Positions 1-12,906 of a stretch of DNA of 64,000 nt are shown piece after piece. The notes beneath the pieces were generated by a model, which searched no databases, was not told the DNA's origin, and worked only from the letters and a program-made list of their open reading frames with translations. The first letter of the stretch is position 1; each line of letters starts with the position of its first letter. The DNA lies in contig JAWQFM010000028.1 in the NCBI GenBank assembly GCA_033442325.1, positions 590,149 to 654,148 of the forward strand, given 5' to 3'. Made by a program: the position numbers and the translations under genes. The DNA comes from Salpingoeca rosetta. Taxonomy: Eukaryota > Protista > Choanoflagellata.

Positions 1-275
1 GGTCGCTCACATCTACGTACGCACACACACACACACGCACACACACAACCACACATCACACACACAACCACACATCACACAGAGAGGGCCGGCCCTCAGC
101 GCTACGCACTCGGTGGCGCTGCGGCAAGCTGCTTGACGGCGGCCTCCACGCGGCCCACTCAGCTGCTGCGACGCCCTGGAATTGACACACACCACATGCA
201 CACATGCACACACACACACACATACAAGCAGGCAGATGTGAGATGCTCGTGGGGGAGTCGCATGGGCATGACTTG

Positions 276-345
<70 letters not shown>

Positions 346-1638
346 AGGTGGTAGACTCACGCTGTGCCGATGCTGTTGTTCTGGATGAGTGCGCGGACCC
401 ATGCACGCGTTGTGTTGAGGTACGCCTCCACCAGCGGCAGCATGGCGTCGTGCAGCGCCGTGCCTGACACACATGCACACACACACACACATGCACACAC
501 ATTCACACACACACACACACACACACATTCACACACACACACACACACACAACGCAACCAAAAGAAGTCAGGTTAGCATGCGTGTCGGCATCGCATCACC
601 AACAACATCACGCTACAAACTCGCATCGCACACACAAACACACCATGTGTGAGGGCATTGGTGCAGTGTGCAACAAGCATGACGCTGGTGTTCTTGCACT
701 CTGTGTGAGGGCATTGGTGCAGTGTGCAACAAGCATGACGCTGGTGTTCTTGCACTCCGCGCAAATGGCCTTGACGTCCTGAGCAAACACAACAAACGCA
801 TTAAGATGAATGTGACACACGCACACACGCGCACACGCGCACACACATGCACATGCACATGCACAAACACACATGCACACATGCACACATGCACATGCAC
901 ACACATGCACACGCGCACACGCGCACACACATGCACACATGCACATGCACAAACACAAAACTACAATCGCTGTTCAGCTCTCTCACGTCTTGGTTCACTG
1001 GCGGCTTCATGGTGGCAACAAACAACTTGCGGAGGTCATGTGCCGCTGCGTTTGCAATGCTCTCTGTCAATGCGGAAAACCATAAACACAAATGTACCTG
1101 TGAGGTGGGGCTCACCGAGCACCACATCAAAGCGACTGGAAAAATGCAGACACACGCCCTCACACACGCACATACACACCCATACATTCACACGCCCTTT
1201 TTGTACTCACGAAGAAGTGTGCCGAATGTCGGGTCCAGCGGAGGAACGGCTTTGCTCGAGTTTGCTGTGAACGTTGGACAGAATATGGTCATGAGCAAGG
1301 CAGTCACGACAGCAAGCCATGGATGTCATGGGAGTCGTGGAAGGGGAGAAACACCCCAAAAGAAACCGACAGCAGCAAGTCAGCTGAGATGGCAGAACCA
1401 ACGAGGGCACACACACGCACAATGTTCACATTCACATTCACACACACACTTCACACACATACATCCACACACACATTCACATTCACGCACGCACACACAT
1501 TCACACACACACGCATTCACACACACGCATTCACATTCACATTCACATTCACACACACACGTACACACCTGGGTGCTGCTGGTCATCCTTCTGGAGAGCC
1601 TCTGCCACCACGTCCAAAGCCTCAACAAAGTCCTGCAT
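1..1638 (-). CDS. Multi-exon GCIP/CCNDBP1 (cyclin-D1-binding protein)-like gene, runs off the left edge; contains two apparent frameshifts
   Basis: ATG at 1638. Spliced exons (~1638-1569, ~1264-1211, ~1135-987, ~779-644, ~464-361, ~176-110) read [23 protein letters not shown]|[18 protein letters not shown]|...[26 protein letters not shown]|[27 protein letters not shown]|[27 protein letters not shown]...[16 protein letters not shown]. This resembles the GCIP helical pattern as recalled. The frame needs one copy of a 56-bp duplication removed and one further 1-nt correction. Confidence 0.5.
646..757. repeat. Perfect 56-bp tandem duplication (646-701 / 702-757)
   Basis: tgtgtgagggcattggtgcagtgtgcaacaagcatgacgctggtgttcttgcactc occurs twice back to back. 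Confidence 0.95.
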
Positions 1639-1819
1639 GGCGTGTGGTTGCGTGGGAGGTGTGTGGGCTCGAGCGTGGTGTGTTCTGCTGAGTGTGGTGT
1701 GTGAGTCTTAGGTGTCATCCATCCAACGTGGTTGATGAAAATTGTGGTATATCATTCACCACATTTCCGCAATACTGTCAGCTCAAACCAAGCACCACGC
1801 ATCACCAGCAGCAAATGTC
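1639..1819. promoter_or_regulatory. Probable bidirectional promoter between head-to-head genes
   Basis: Only ~180 bp separates the divergent ATGs at 1638 (-) and 1820 (+). Positional inference only. Confidence 0.4.
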
Positions 1820-2510
1820 ATGGACGTGACAAAGGTGTACTGGGCTGGGGCGCATGGGTTGGTGCACCAGCTGGCTATGGACGCACTTGCGGGGACGGCA
1901 AAGAAGGCGAAGGAGGCGTACCGTCCAACAAACGCTGCGCAACGGAGCGGGGAGAAGGCGGTGGCCGCCAAGGTCGTTGTGATTGCGGGTGCCGGTCGAG
2001 GCATCGGAGCAGCAGCGGCGCGACAGCTTGCGCTCCAAGGCCATGCCGTCATCGTTGGCTGCATCTCGCCAACATCGGATCCGATCGCAGTCACCACTAC
2101 AGACGTGCCCATCCACGTCTTTGACGCGTTCTCCACGCGTGCAACATCCCTTGGACGCGACGACAGCCGCAAACAACAACACCGTGCTGGAGATGACACG
2201 GCGACACCCCACGGCGTTGCTGGAAGCAGCGACAGGGACGTCGCCGCCCTAGCAGGGAGGATCACGCTGCTGCAACTCGACTATCGTGACCTGGACAGTG
2301 TGCGGGCCTTTGCTGCTCGCGTGTGGGAGGTGACGCAGCGAGTCGACTGCGTCATTCACAACGCAGCGGTGATGTTGTGCCCCCTCAACGTGTGTCGCTC
2401 GGGCTTGGAGGAGCACATGCAAGTGAACGTGTTCGGGCCGTTTGTGCTCACCAAGCTCCTGCTACGCCACTACAAACTGAGGCAACAACAACAACAACAA
2501 CAACAACAGC

Positions 2511-2577
<67 letters not shown>

Positions 2578-3280
2578 GCAGCAGCAGCAGCAGCAGCAGC
2601 AGAAACAACAACAACAGCAGCAGCAGCAGCAGCAGAAACAACAACCACCGCTGTTGTTTCTCACCATCACCTCCATCACACACGCGTGCGAACGGCTCAA
2701 TTTGCCATACCTCCGTGCGTCCGCCGACGAAGATGTATATCGGCCATATCGCAGCTATGCGCAGAGGAAGCTGGCAGCCCTCATGCTGCTGCTTGCATTG
2801 GGAGGACGACACGCTTCGGATGGCGTGCGCTTTGCAGCGGCAGACCCGGGCATCGTCAACACGGACCTGTATCGGCACGTGCCTGGTGTTGCGCGGGCCA
2901 CGCAGCGCTTGCTTGGCCCGCTCTTCATGCGCTCGGTGGAGATGGCCGCATATTGCGTCCTCGCCCCATTTCGCCAGCTCACACGCGAAGGGGGCGCTGC
3001 CTGTTGTAACGGCGGTGATGGCGATGGAAGTGGAGGGTGTGGGCGTGGGAGGGCAGCGCTTCAGAGGAGCACCCCGCCCCACTTTGCATTCGGACAGGTA
3101 TACTTGCTTGCACTTGGTTTCGCTGTGTGCTGCTCTGTTGATTGCGGTTTGCTTTCCCCTGTTTGCATTCATGCACGCGCGTGAACACAAATGCTTTCAC
3201 ACATACGCTCGCGCACTCCCTCACGTACAAACGCTCATGCGACCCTTCACGCTTGACAACACACACACACACACGCACAC

Positions 3281-3343
<63 letters not shown>

Positions 3344-3468
3344 CGTGTGAGGCTGCACGTCACGCGTATGATGAGGAGCAGCAGGAAGCGCTGCTGGCGT
3401 GGATGGAGCAATTGGCGCGGCCACACCTCGCGCTCGACGAAGACGACAGCGACGAAGCACAGAGATAG
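1820..3468 (+). CDS. Short-chain dehydrogenase/reductase, retinol dehydrogenase/DHRSX-like, with internal poly-Q; 2 exons (1820-3097, 3343-3468)
   Basis: Gly motif VIAGAGRGIG; LDYRDLDSVRAFA; HNAAVM; EEHMQVNVFGPFVLT; catalytic YAQRK; DPGIVNTDL; exon 2 AYDEEQQEALLAWME matches the typical C-terminal helix. GT-AG intron 3098-3342. Confidence 0.9.
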
Positions 3469-3652
3469 AGAACGATGCGGGAGATCGAGATATGGATGGG
3501 AATAATGCAGAGAGCTGAGCGGGGATGTTGGTGGTGGTGGTGGTGCTGTGCCACTCGCGTGCATGCGTCCTTTCCTTTTCATTAGACAGCGAGCACCACG
3601 CATAAACGCACATCAACAGCAACACAACACAAACAAAGGAAAACGAAGCACA

Positions 3653-3924
3653 ATGGTCATCATGGCTGTCCTTCCAAATCTGGTTCCTCCTGTTGTTGTT
3701 TTGTTGGCGATGGTGGTGGTGGTGGGTTCAGTGGCCACGGGAGCACTTGCCGATCGCACCGTGTGCATTGTTGGCGCCGGCCCTGCCGGGTTGCAGCTTG
3801 GCTACCGCCTGCAACGCATGAACATCAGCTATGTCATCTACGAGCGCAACGCGCGAGCAGGTTCCTTCTTCGAGCAGTACCCACGGCACAGACAGGTAGT
3901 CATGTTGTGTGCGTGCGTGTGCGT

Positions 3925-4011
<87 letters not shown>

Positions 4012-5560
4012 TTGTATCTCAATGCTCGCTCACTCTTCGCCTCGATCCCTGTCTCCAACACGCACGCACACACTTGCACATGCACACACACATGCACACA
4101 CACACACATACACACATACACACACACACATCACTTTCATTAGCTTGTGTCGCTGAACAAGCTGGCAACGGGCAGCACCGACTACGAGTTCAACCTCCGG
4201 CATGACTGGAACTCGCTCATCACCGATGGCGACGATCCGCGTGGGCAGCTGCTCTTCCGCAACTACAGCACCGAGTTCTATCCGCCCGCCGATCGCATGG
4301 TCGACTACCTCAACGACTTTGCTCGCATCTACAACCTCAACATCCAGTTCAACACGACGGTCACGCGCGTCTCCCGGCCCCGCGTCCAGCCAACCAAACA
4401 GAAGAACAAGAGGAGAAAGGGCAGAAGGACGAACAAGAAGACGACAGCGGACAGCAAAGCACAGGGGCTCGATGGTGACGATGAAGGAGACACCGTGCCC
4501 TTTACGCTGCACCTTCAGCGCAACGACGACGGTTCCACCTTCAAGCGCACCTGCCTCCCGCTTGTCATGGCAACGGGCACGCCGATCCCGTCATATCCAC
4601 GCGTGGCACCCGGCATTGAGAACACGGAGGGCTACGAGGACTTTGATCCAACCTCATCGCTGCACAAGTACAGGGGCAAGCGCGTCCTTATCCTGGGAGC
4701 AGGCAACTCCGCCTTTGAGGTGCACCACTTTGTCTGTGTATGTATGTGTGTGTGTGTCTGTGCGTCTATGTTTGTCTATCTGTAGGTATGTGCATGTGTG
4801 TGTGTGTGTGTGTGTCTGTCTGTCTGTATCTGTGTGTGTGTGTGGCTGGCTGTCTGTGTCTGTGTCTGTATGCACGCGCATCTTGTGTTTCGTTCAAACA
4901 TCCACCCTCACAACACACAACACACTCGCATGCACACTGCACCGCGTATGCAGGTTGCGAACAACATCTCCGGGGTGGCCAACTTTGTCGAGATGTGCTC
5001 GCGCAACCCACCCAAGTTCTCGTGGCAGACGCACTACGCAGGCGACGTCCGCAGCATCAACGCAGCTTTCCTCGACACATACCAGCTCAAGGCACAGAAC
5101 TTCATCTCCACGTGCATCATCAGTGCGCAGTCGTCATTTGGTCGACACGCCGACGGCTCCATCGAGGCAGACACGACATACTATGGGCAGGGCCCAATCA
5201 AGGACGCGCAGGAGGCAATGCACATTCTGTTTCCCGGTCGCAGTGACCAGCGCACATTCACCGCACGTGCTGCCACCTACGATTATGTCATTCGCGCACT
5301 CGGCTTCCAGACTGACGCAACCATCTTTGATGCATCCTCGGCACCGCGTTTGGACACACGGAAGAAGTATCCACTCCTCACTCCAGAATGGGAATCCGTC
5401 AACACAGACCACCTCTTTTATGCCGGTAAGTGTGTGTGTTTGTATGTGTGTGTGTGTGTGTGTATTTGTATGTACGCATGCATGTGTGTGTGTTTGTATG
5501 TGTGTGTGTATTTGTATGTACGCATGCATGTGTGTGTGTGTGTAGACCTGTGGATGCATG

Positions 5561-5600
<40 letters not shown>

Positions 5601-8442
5601 CCTGTGTGCTTGTCTGTTTGTCTGTCTTGTTGTCTGTCTGATTGTGCGCTTGCCTGTTGTCTGTCTGCTTGTCTGCCTGTCTGCTTGTCTGGTTGTGAAC
5701 ATGCAAAGGTGCTGCGTACATGTGTGTTCGCACGTGCTTCGCTTCCCATCTATCCTCCCGTACACTGACGCCCCCTCCCTCCTCCTCGTTTTTCATGTCA
5801 GGCACCCTCATGGCGGGTCGTGACAACAAGCGCTCGGCCGTGTTTGCTGTGCACGGCTTTCGCTATGCAGTGGAGACGCTGGGCAACGTGCTTGGCGAGC
5901 GATATTTCAGCCGCCCGTGGCCAACAGTCGCCGTCCCAAACACAGCAGCGGACATTGCGTCCACCATCATCGAACGCGTGCAGTACTCAAGCGGGCTTTA
6001 CCAGATGTACACGTCCCTGTGCGAAGTGCTGTGGTTCGATCGAGACTGTGACCATGACAACACCTACGCCAATGGAAAGGACCCGCGCAGCAGCGATGAT
6101 GACGACGACAAAGACGACAGCAGCAATAATGGTGGTGGTGACCGTCGAAGAAACAAGGCTTGCTGGCGGCATCAGAGTCACGTGCCATGTGACCTTCTGT
6201 TCACAAGTGAGGCGTTCCTTCATCGCTCATTTCTCGTCGTTACGCTCGAGTACCATCCAGACTTTGGAAAGACGCGAGAAAAGTTTGATGTCTTTGGCGC
6301 AGATCATGTCGACCCTGCGCTGCACCCAGACGAGGTGTGCAGTGCTGTGTCTGTGTGTCTGTGTGTCTGTGTGTCTGTGAGTGTGTCTATGTGTGTGTGT
6401 GCGTCTGTGTGTGTGCGTGCGTGCGTGTGTGTGTCTGTGTGCGTGCGTGCGTGTATGTCTGTGCGTGCGTGTGTCTGTGTCTGTCTGTGTGCATGTTTGC
6501 ATGTGTGCGTGTGCGTATCTGTTTCTGTCTGTGTCTGTCTGTGTGTGTGCGTGTCTATGTTTGCATGTTTGTGTGGTAGATGCATTCGCTCGCGCTCACG
6601 TTTGCACTCACATGTTGCTTTTCTCGCTCCTCACAACTGCTCATCCTGACTATCCCCCACGCGCCCCGTGCGCACACGCAACAGGGCCACCGCAGCAACT
6701 TCTTGCACCCGGTGATTCGGTACTACACGGGTTTGCGCTATGATGGAAGCGAGCACGTGCACTTCACGCACGTCAACCCTGAATTACGCAAGACAGCCGA
6801 TGACGTCACGGAATGGCAGAGCAACCGCCAGTCCTCCCAGGCCGTGGCCATTCACCACATGATGGAGAGCGTGTTCATCGACTTTGCACACCTGGAGGCA
6901 CACATCGAACCCCTGGTGCGCTTCCTGGCCGGACTGCTGGCAACACGGCCGGAACTGATGTCCACACCAAGCGCGTCGCCCATCCACGCTGTGAAGCTCC
7001 GCGCTGCTTCCAAGCAGGCCCGCACCAGCCTTCACCCGCAGGACTGGGTGCGCCGCAACCTAAACATGGCGCCAGATGACCTCGTTGACGTCATGCTTGA
7101 CATCCAGGACACGGTGGATGCGCGCGCGCCAACACCGGACCGCCACAAGGATGCCAGTGCGTGGGATGGGATGGCCATGCTTCGCGGCGCACGTGGCGTG
7201 CAGTTTGCAGACGAGCAGGGCGGCACCAACACCGTTGGCAGCAGCGGCGACGGTGCTGGCGGTGGTGTGCCTGCAGGCATGACGCAGGAGCAGATGAAGG
7301 TGTTTGTGGACACGCTGAGCGAGGCATTGGAGCAGCCTGTCGCGGAGATGCCAGAGCTGCAAGATGTGCAGGCATCAGTGGCGCACGCACGTGAGGCGAG
7401 CGAGCGTCTGGGCAAGCGGCTGGACCGGCAGAAGCAGGAAGCAGACAAGGCATCCAAGGCACAAAGGGCACAAAACAAGTACGCAGGGAAGGGGGGAGGG
7501 ACAGAGAAGGTGAAGGGTAAAACCCGTGTACGTGGTCGAGGAGGCGACGCAGAGGAAGAGGATGATCATTATGCCGATGGTGGTGGTGGTGGTCGTCGTG
7601 GCGCCGGCGACGCCGTACTGGGAAAACGAAAATATGCAGGGCATGGCAGTGAGCGTGGTGGCGATCATGGGGATGTGGGGGGAGAGGAAGAGTTGTGGGC
7701 CAATGACAACGACGATGATGATGAACGCGATCGCGAGTTTGATGACGGCGATTACCATGGCGACGGTTACGGTGAGGTTGGCAGTGTGGTCCGTGAGCGT
7801 GGTGGCGGCGACTGGGAGGGGAGCGAGGACCTGAGTGCCGAAGACAAGGAAGAGCTGCGTGAGCTGTTTGCTGATGCCGACAATGTGCTGGCATCACTGG
7901 ATCGCATCACCAACCTCTTCAGCAACCTTGGTCAGATGGCCGGCGATGACGTAGGCGAGGGCGACGAGCACATGCGCGACACCATCTTTGGGCAGCACGC
8001 GAACCACGACAATGATGACTATGACGGTGGTGGTGGTGGTGGTGGTGGTGGGGATCATGGCGACCATGATCACAATGGACACGCCACCTTTGAGAGTGAT
8101 GATGATGGTGGCGATGAGGATGACAAGGAGGGTGGTGGAGCCTGGGTTGAAGGGAAGCGAATCAGGTTTCGCCCCAAGCGGTCAGTCAGAAGCGGTGACC
8201 ATGAGGACGACAGAGAGGGCAGTGGCAGCACTGGTCGCCGACACCGAGCCAGTCCCCGTGCACGTGACGCAGGTGGAGCGGATGAAGCGCAACAGCGACA
8301 ACAACAGCAACAACAGGGACAACAGCAACAGGGACAGAGGGGGGAAGCCACGACGAAGAGCACAACACCGCGCCGACGACGGCGCACGTCCAAGCGCAGA
8401 ACCAAGAAGAACAAGAACAAGAGGAGAAGCGCTGGCGTGTAA
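3653..8442 (+). CDS. FOXRED2: FAD-dependent oxidoreductase FOXRED2/ERFAD-like with signal peptide; 5 exons (3653-3895, 4144-4719, 4954-5425, 5802-6334, 6685-8442)
   Basis: Hydrophobic N-terminus; VCIVGAGPAGLQLGY...GSFFEQYPRHRQ|LVSLNK..TG...EFNLRHDWNSL; second dinucleotide motif VLILGAGNSAFE; WQTHYAGDVRSIN; HGFRY; SNFLHPVIRYY. These match recalled FOXRED2 family motifs, and the exon phases are consistent. Confidence 0.9.
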
Positions 8443-8924
8443 CACGCATTAGTGTGTGTCTGTTGTCTGTCTGTCTGTCTGTGTGTGTGTGTGTGTGGTC
8501 TGTGTGTTGTGTCTGTCTGTGTTGTGTGTGTTGTGTCTGTCTGTAGTTGTGTCTGTCTGTCTGTGTTGTGTCTGTGTCTGTCTGTGTTGTGCGTGTTGTG
8601 TCTGTCTGTAGTTGTGTCTGTCTGTCTGGGTTGTGTCTGTGTCTGTTTGTGCGTCAGCTCTCTGTTTGTGGGACTGTTCAACTTGACAAGGGTCCAATTT
8701 TGCTTGTTATGCACGCTCACGTGTGAGGAGACATTGGATCCACCTTCAAGCCCAACAAACAAGCGAGACGAATGAACGTTGGAGAGCAAGGGCGTGCGAC
8801 TTTGGACAAACCATTCGCGACACACAACACACACACACGCAACACATACACAACACACACACACACACACATGAAGTGACAATAGCCTGTCCTGGACTAT
8901 CACTGCGAAATCTCGGACAACCCG

Positions 8925-9260
8925 TCAATTATTCTTGGCATGTGTGCCAGCACCGTCAGCGTCGTCTCCAACAAACACCACGGTCGAATCTGCATTGGTT
9001 GCTGCTGATACTGCTGGCGCTCTCCCTGTTGGTGGGGCTGGTGATAAGGATGGTGGTAGTGCTGTTGTTGTGGTTTCTGCTTTGGTTGCTGCTTCTGCGG
9101 TTGCTGCTTCTTTTGCTGCTGTTGTTGATATGGTCATCGCTGAATTTACATCACTCGCAGCCGTGCGAGTAGGACTTGCAGTTGCTGCTGTCCCTTCTCT
9201 TGGTGATAACGCCGCATGTCCTTCCTCTTCTTCCAACCACTGCTGCGTTGGCTGCTCCCG

Positions 9261-9315
<55 letters not shown>

Positions 9316-11078
9316 GCTCTGGTACGACTATCCTCCTCCAAACCTTTGGCGTGACCTTCCTTTGTTTCTTCAGTGGTACCTTCCTTCGCTTCCTTGGCGG
9401 CATCCACATCGCTGTCTGCACTCGCGCTCGCACTCGTTGCGGTGTTGCCGTTGCTATTGCTGCTGCCGTTGCTGTCCTTGTTCTGATCACAGTTCTTCAA
9501 GCCCGAGCGCCCTTGGTCTGCATTGCCGCTGTTCTCATCGCCTCTGGCATCTTCTTCTTCATCATCATCATCATCTTCCTTGTCGTCTTCTTCTTCGAAT
9601 GTGCTGGGGTCAACCATGATGCGGGGAAGGTGAATCATTTGCGGCTCGCTGGTGGACAGGAGAGGCGCGCTCACCTCGAGCGTGAGCAGCACGCGCCCCT
9701 TTCGTGCACGGGCAGTGCGGATGACGACGCAAACATCCTCCGCAGCAGCGTCGGACACATCGTACCCACCACGCACTGCGGGCTTGGCGGCGAGCAGGTT
9801 GACATGCTCATGTACAACCGCTTCACCGTACTTCTTGAACACCACCTCCTTGAGCTCAGTCAAGTCCTTGATGCCCATGAGAAGAACGCCGAACACAGCG
9901 GCAATGACGCCGAGGACCTTGACGGGGCGCGATGACTCGCTGAGGATGATCATGCCAAAGAGCACGGCCCAGACGGATGAGAGGGACGAGAGCGGGCCGA
10001 GTACAGCGGCCTCGTCAGGCATTGTCTTGCAGAGGTGGAAGAACGCAAGCGTGCCAATGCCGTACAGCGCGCCGCCAACGACGACAATGGCGTGACCGGC
10101 AGTGAGGTGCCAGTCGACGCCTCCGTGGACGGCGGCAATGAAGATGATGCCTGTGATGACGAAGCTGATGACGTTGGTGCAGAAGCCTGCGGCAAAGGCG
10201 CCGCCCTGCTCGTTGGAGAACACCTGCCACAGCGCTGTCCCCGTTCCCCAGCCGATGAAGCAGAGGAAGAAGAGGCCAACGGTGCGCCCGTCGCTGAAGT
10301 CAACACCGTTGTTGCCGCCGCTGAAGGCAAACATGATGCCTGCGCCGATGGACAGCAGCACGCCGACCCACCGCCGGACGGGCAAGCGGTCGCCGACCAG
10401 AAACACGCCGTAAAACACGGGGATGATGACCCAGAGGGAGGTCAGTGGTGCCAGCAGCGAGGCCTCGCCGCCGCCCGTGGTCAAGAGCACGTAGCCGTTC
10501 ATGCCCGCGTTGTTCACGATGCCCGCCAGCGCGCCAAGCAGAAAGAACTTGCTGGGCCTGATGCTGGTGATTTGTCGCAATAGGTGGATGATATATGGGA
10601 GCTGTCCCGCAAAGTATCCGATCAAGAGGAAGGCGATGAATGTGCCGGGGTCGAGCGCGTCATCGTCGCCCATGACGACGACTTGCACGCGGAAGAGGAA
10701 GACGCCGGAGCCAGTAAAAAGGGTTGTTAGGAAGAGGGTGAGCCACATGTAGTGCCGGCCCGTCACTGGCGGCTTGGCCGTGATGGTGACGTCTGTGAAG
10801 GGCTTAATCTCTGCCTCGTCTTTCTTCTTCCAGCCTTCACCGGAGAGCAGCAGCTGTCGCTGTTGCTGTTCCTCGGTCAAGTGGGAGTGCAGCTCATCGT
10901 CAACATGCTGTGCCTGCTGCTGGCTTTGATCTCGCTGGGATGCCTTGGAACCACCATATCCTCCTTGCTGTTGTGGTGCAGGTTCAGGTGGCAGTGTTGA
11001 AGATGTTGGTGAGAGTGTTTGTACAGGCGAGAGCGACAGCGCCCGTTTTCCATCGAGCGGAGGCCTTGAGGTAGCCAT
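8925..11078 (-). CDS. EamA/DMT-superfamily transporter, paralog 1 (intronless, ~10 TM plus long C-terminal tail)
   Basis: Probable ATG at 11078 (MATSRPP). Two EamA-like repeats: EASLLAPLTSLWVIIPVFYGVFLVGDRL..RRWVGVLLSIGA and EAAVLGPLSSLSSVWAVLFGMIILSES....KVLGVIAAVFGVLLM. The upstream ORF extension to 11429 runs through a CA repeat and is probably UTR. Confidence 0.85.
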
Positions 11079-11187
11079 AGCCTCGTTCTTGTTTTGTGCT
11101 GAAGTGCCGGTGCTGTGCTGTGGGTGGTGTGGTCGAAGTAGTTGGCTTGGTGTCGCTGGCTGAAGATGTGTGTGTGTGTGTGTGCTG

Positions 11188-11264
<77 letters not shown>

Positions 11265-12690
11265 AAGCCACCAGGAGGGAAGAGAAAAAAAGGAGGGAAG
11301 AGGAAATGGAGCGGGATGATGATGTGCTGTGATGGGGAAGCCCATGAATGGTTGTGCGACCTGTGCCATGCAGCAGGCAGTCAACCCCGCACGCAACAGC
11401 AACGCACAGTGCGATTGCTTCATGTCCACATGCCTGCCGTCTCTCGCAGCCGCAGCCGCGGGGCAAAGGCTCGTTACTCTTCACGCAGACAGAGCCATGT
11501 TTTGCGGATTGCGTCAATCTACACTGCAAGCAAGGGCGAGTGGCGCAGCAGAGAAGGAGGGGTGACTGGGTGACTCAAGCTGTGTGGTGGGTGGTGGTGG
11601 TGTTGCCTGCAGGCACAGCAAGCAAGCAAGGCAAAGGCAAAGGCAGGCAGGCAAAGGCAAGAGGAGGCGACCATGCCTTGCTTGGGTGCATGAGGCAATC
11701 CTATGTGCGAATTTCTCTGGAAATGTTTCATGGACAATCCGCATCGCACCAATAATGTTTAGCTGCGTTGAGTGGCGATGTGTTGCAAACACGATCGACA
11801 CGGTCGTAGTCGTCTGTGTGTTGCTGTGCCACGTGTGTGCGGTGTCCGGCTGATGTCTGCGTTGTGCTCTGTGCCTGGCTTACTGCCCTTCAACCCCATC
11901 AAAAGCCACGATCACACACACACGTGATTGAAGCGGCTGTGTTGTTGATGGAAGTCTCATCTCATGTCACTTCCGCTAATCTGGATTGTTTATGTGTAAA
12001 GGACTTTCACATGAAGTTGGGAACAAGGAACTAAGGAAGAAACCTCAGGGACGTACATATGAGTGGGAGTGGGCTGTGGGGGAAAAGAACGGAAAGGATG
12101 GAGTGTGTATGAAGAACACAAACGGAAGAGGGACTGCGCAGACCGTATGCATGTGTGCCAAGTATGGAAAACAACAAAATCACAAAGTTGCACAAGAGAC
12201 AACACATATTCAGATGCAAGGACAAGAAGCGACAGCGATAACGCGGGAAACAACAGCAACAAAAAAAGGTGCGCGGGCAAACGGAGGGCTCTCGGTGACG
12301 GTTCAATATATTAGTGCTTCTAGCGCAAAGAGTACTCTACGCGGGCTAGTAAAAACAAGAAACGAGGTGCCTAGGCGAAGACAAAACAAAGAAAGCAGGG
12401 TTGTTTCGATGGAAGCATCTGCAACCCGAGGCACATTGATTGACCAGCCAGCACTCTCAAAGCGCGCAGGCACCATGAGCATGACGACACCAGAGACGAC
12501 AATCCTCCACATGGTGCACAGACCCACAAACAAACAAACAAACAAACAAACAAACAAACAAACAAACAAACAAACAAACAGACAACCCCAGACTGCACAG
12601 CACCCGTCACAACAACACCAACGACACCAACATCATCATCATCATCCCTGTCGTCACCATCAACCTCCTCGCTCGTTCACACTCGCCCAT

Positions 12691-12825
12691 TCACTCGTCA
12701 GTGTTGTCATCAACAACAATCACAGTGGTTTCCTTATGCCTGTCAGACACTGAACCAGGCGGCAGCAGTGAGCCACTGCTCAACTCTAGCCCTTCTTCCT
12801 CACACTCTTCCACATTGTTGTTGTT

Positions 12826-12906
<81 letters not shown>

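Noticed and set aside
11079-11429. N-terminal extension of the 834-aa EamA ORF
   Set aside because: It runs through a CA microsatellite and has no counterpart in the paralogs; probably 5' UTR or intron.
11986-12753. 255-aa + strand ORF between EamA paralogs 1 and 2
   Set aside because: No motifs, includes an (AAAC)n repeat, and is antisense to the 3' UTR region of paralog 2.
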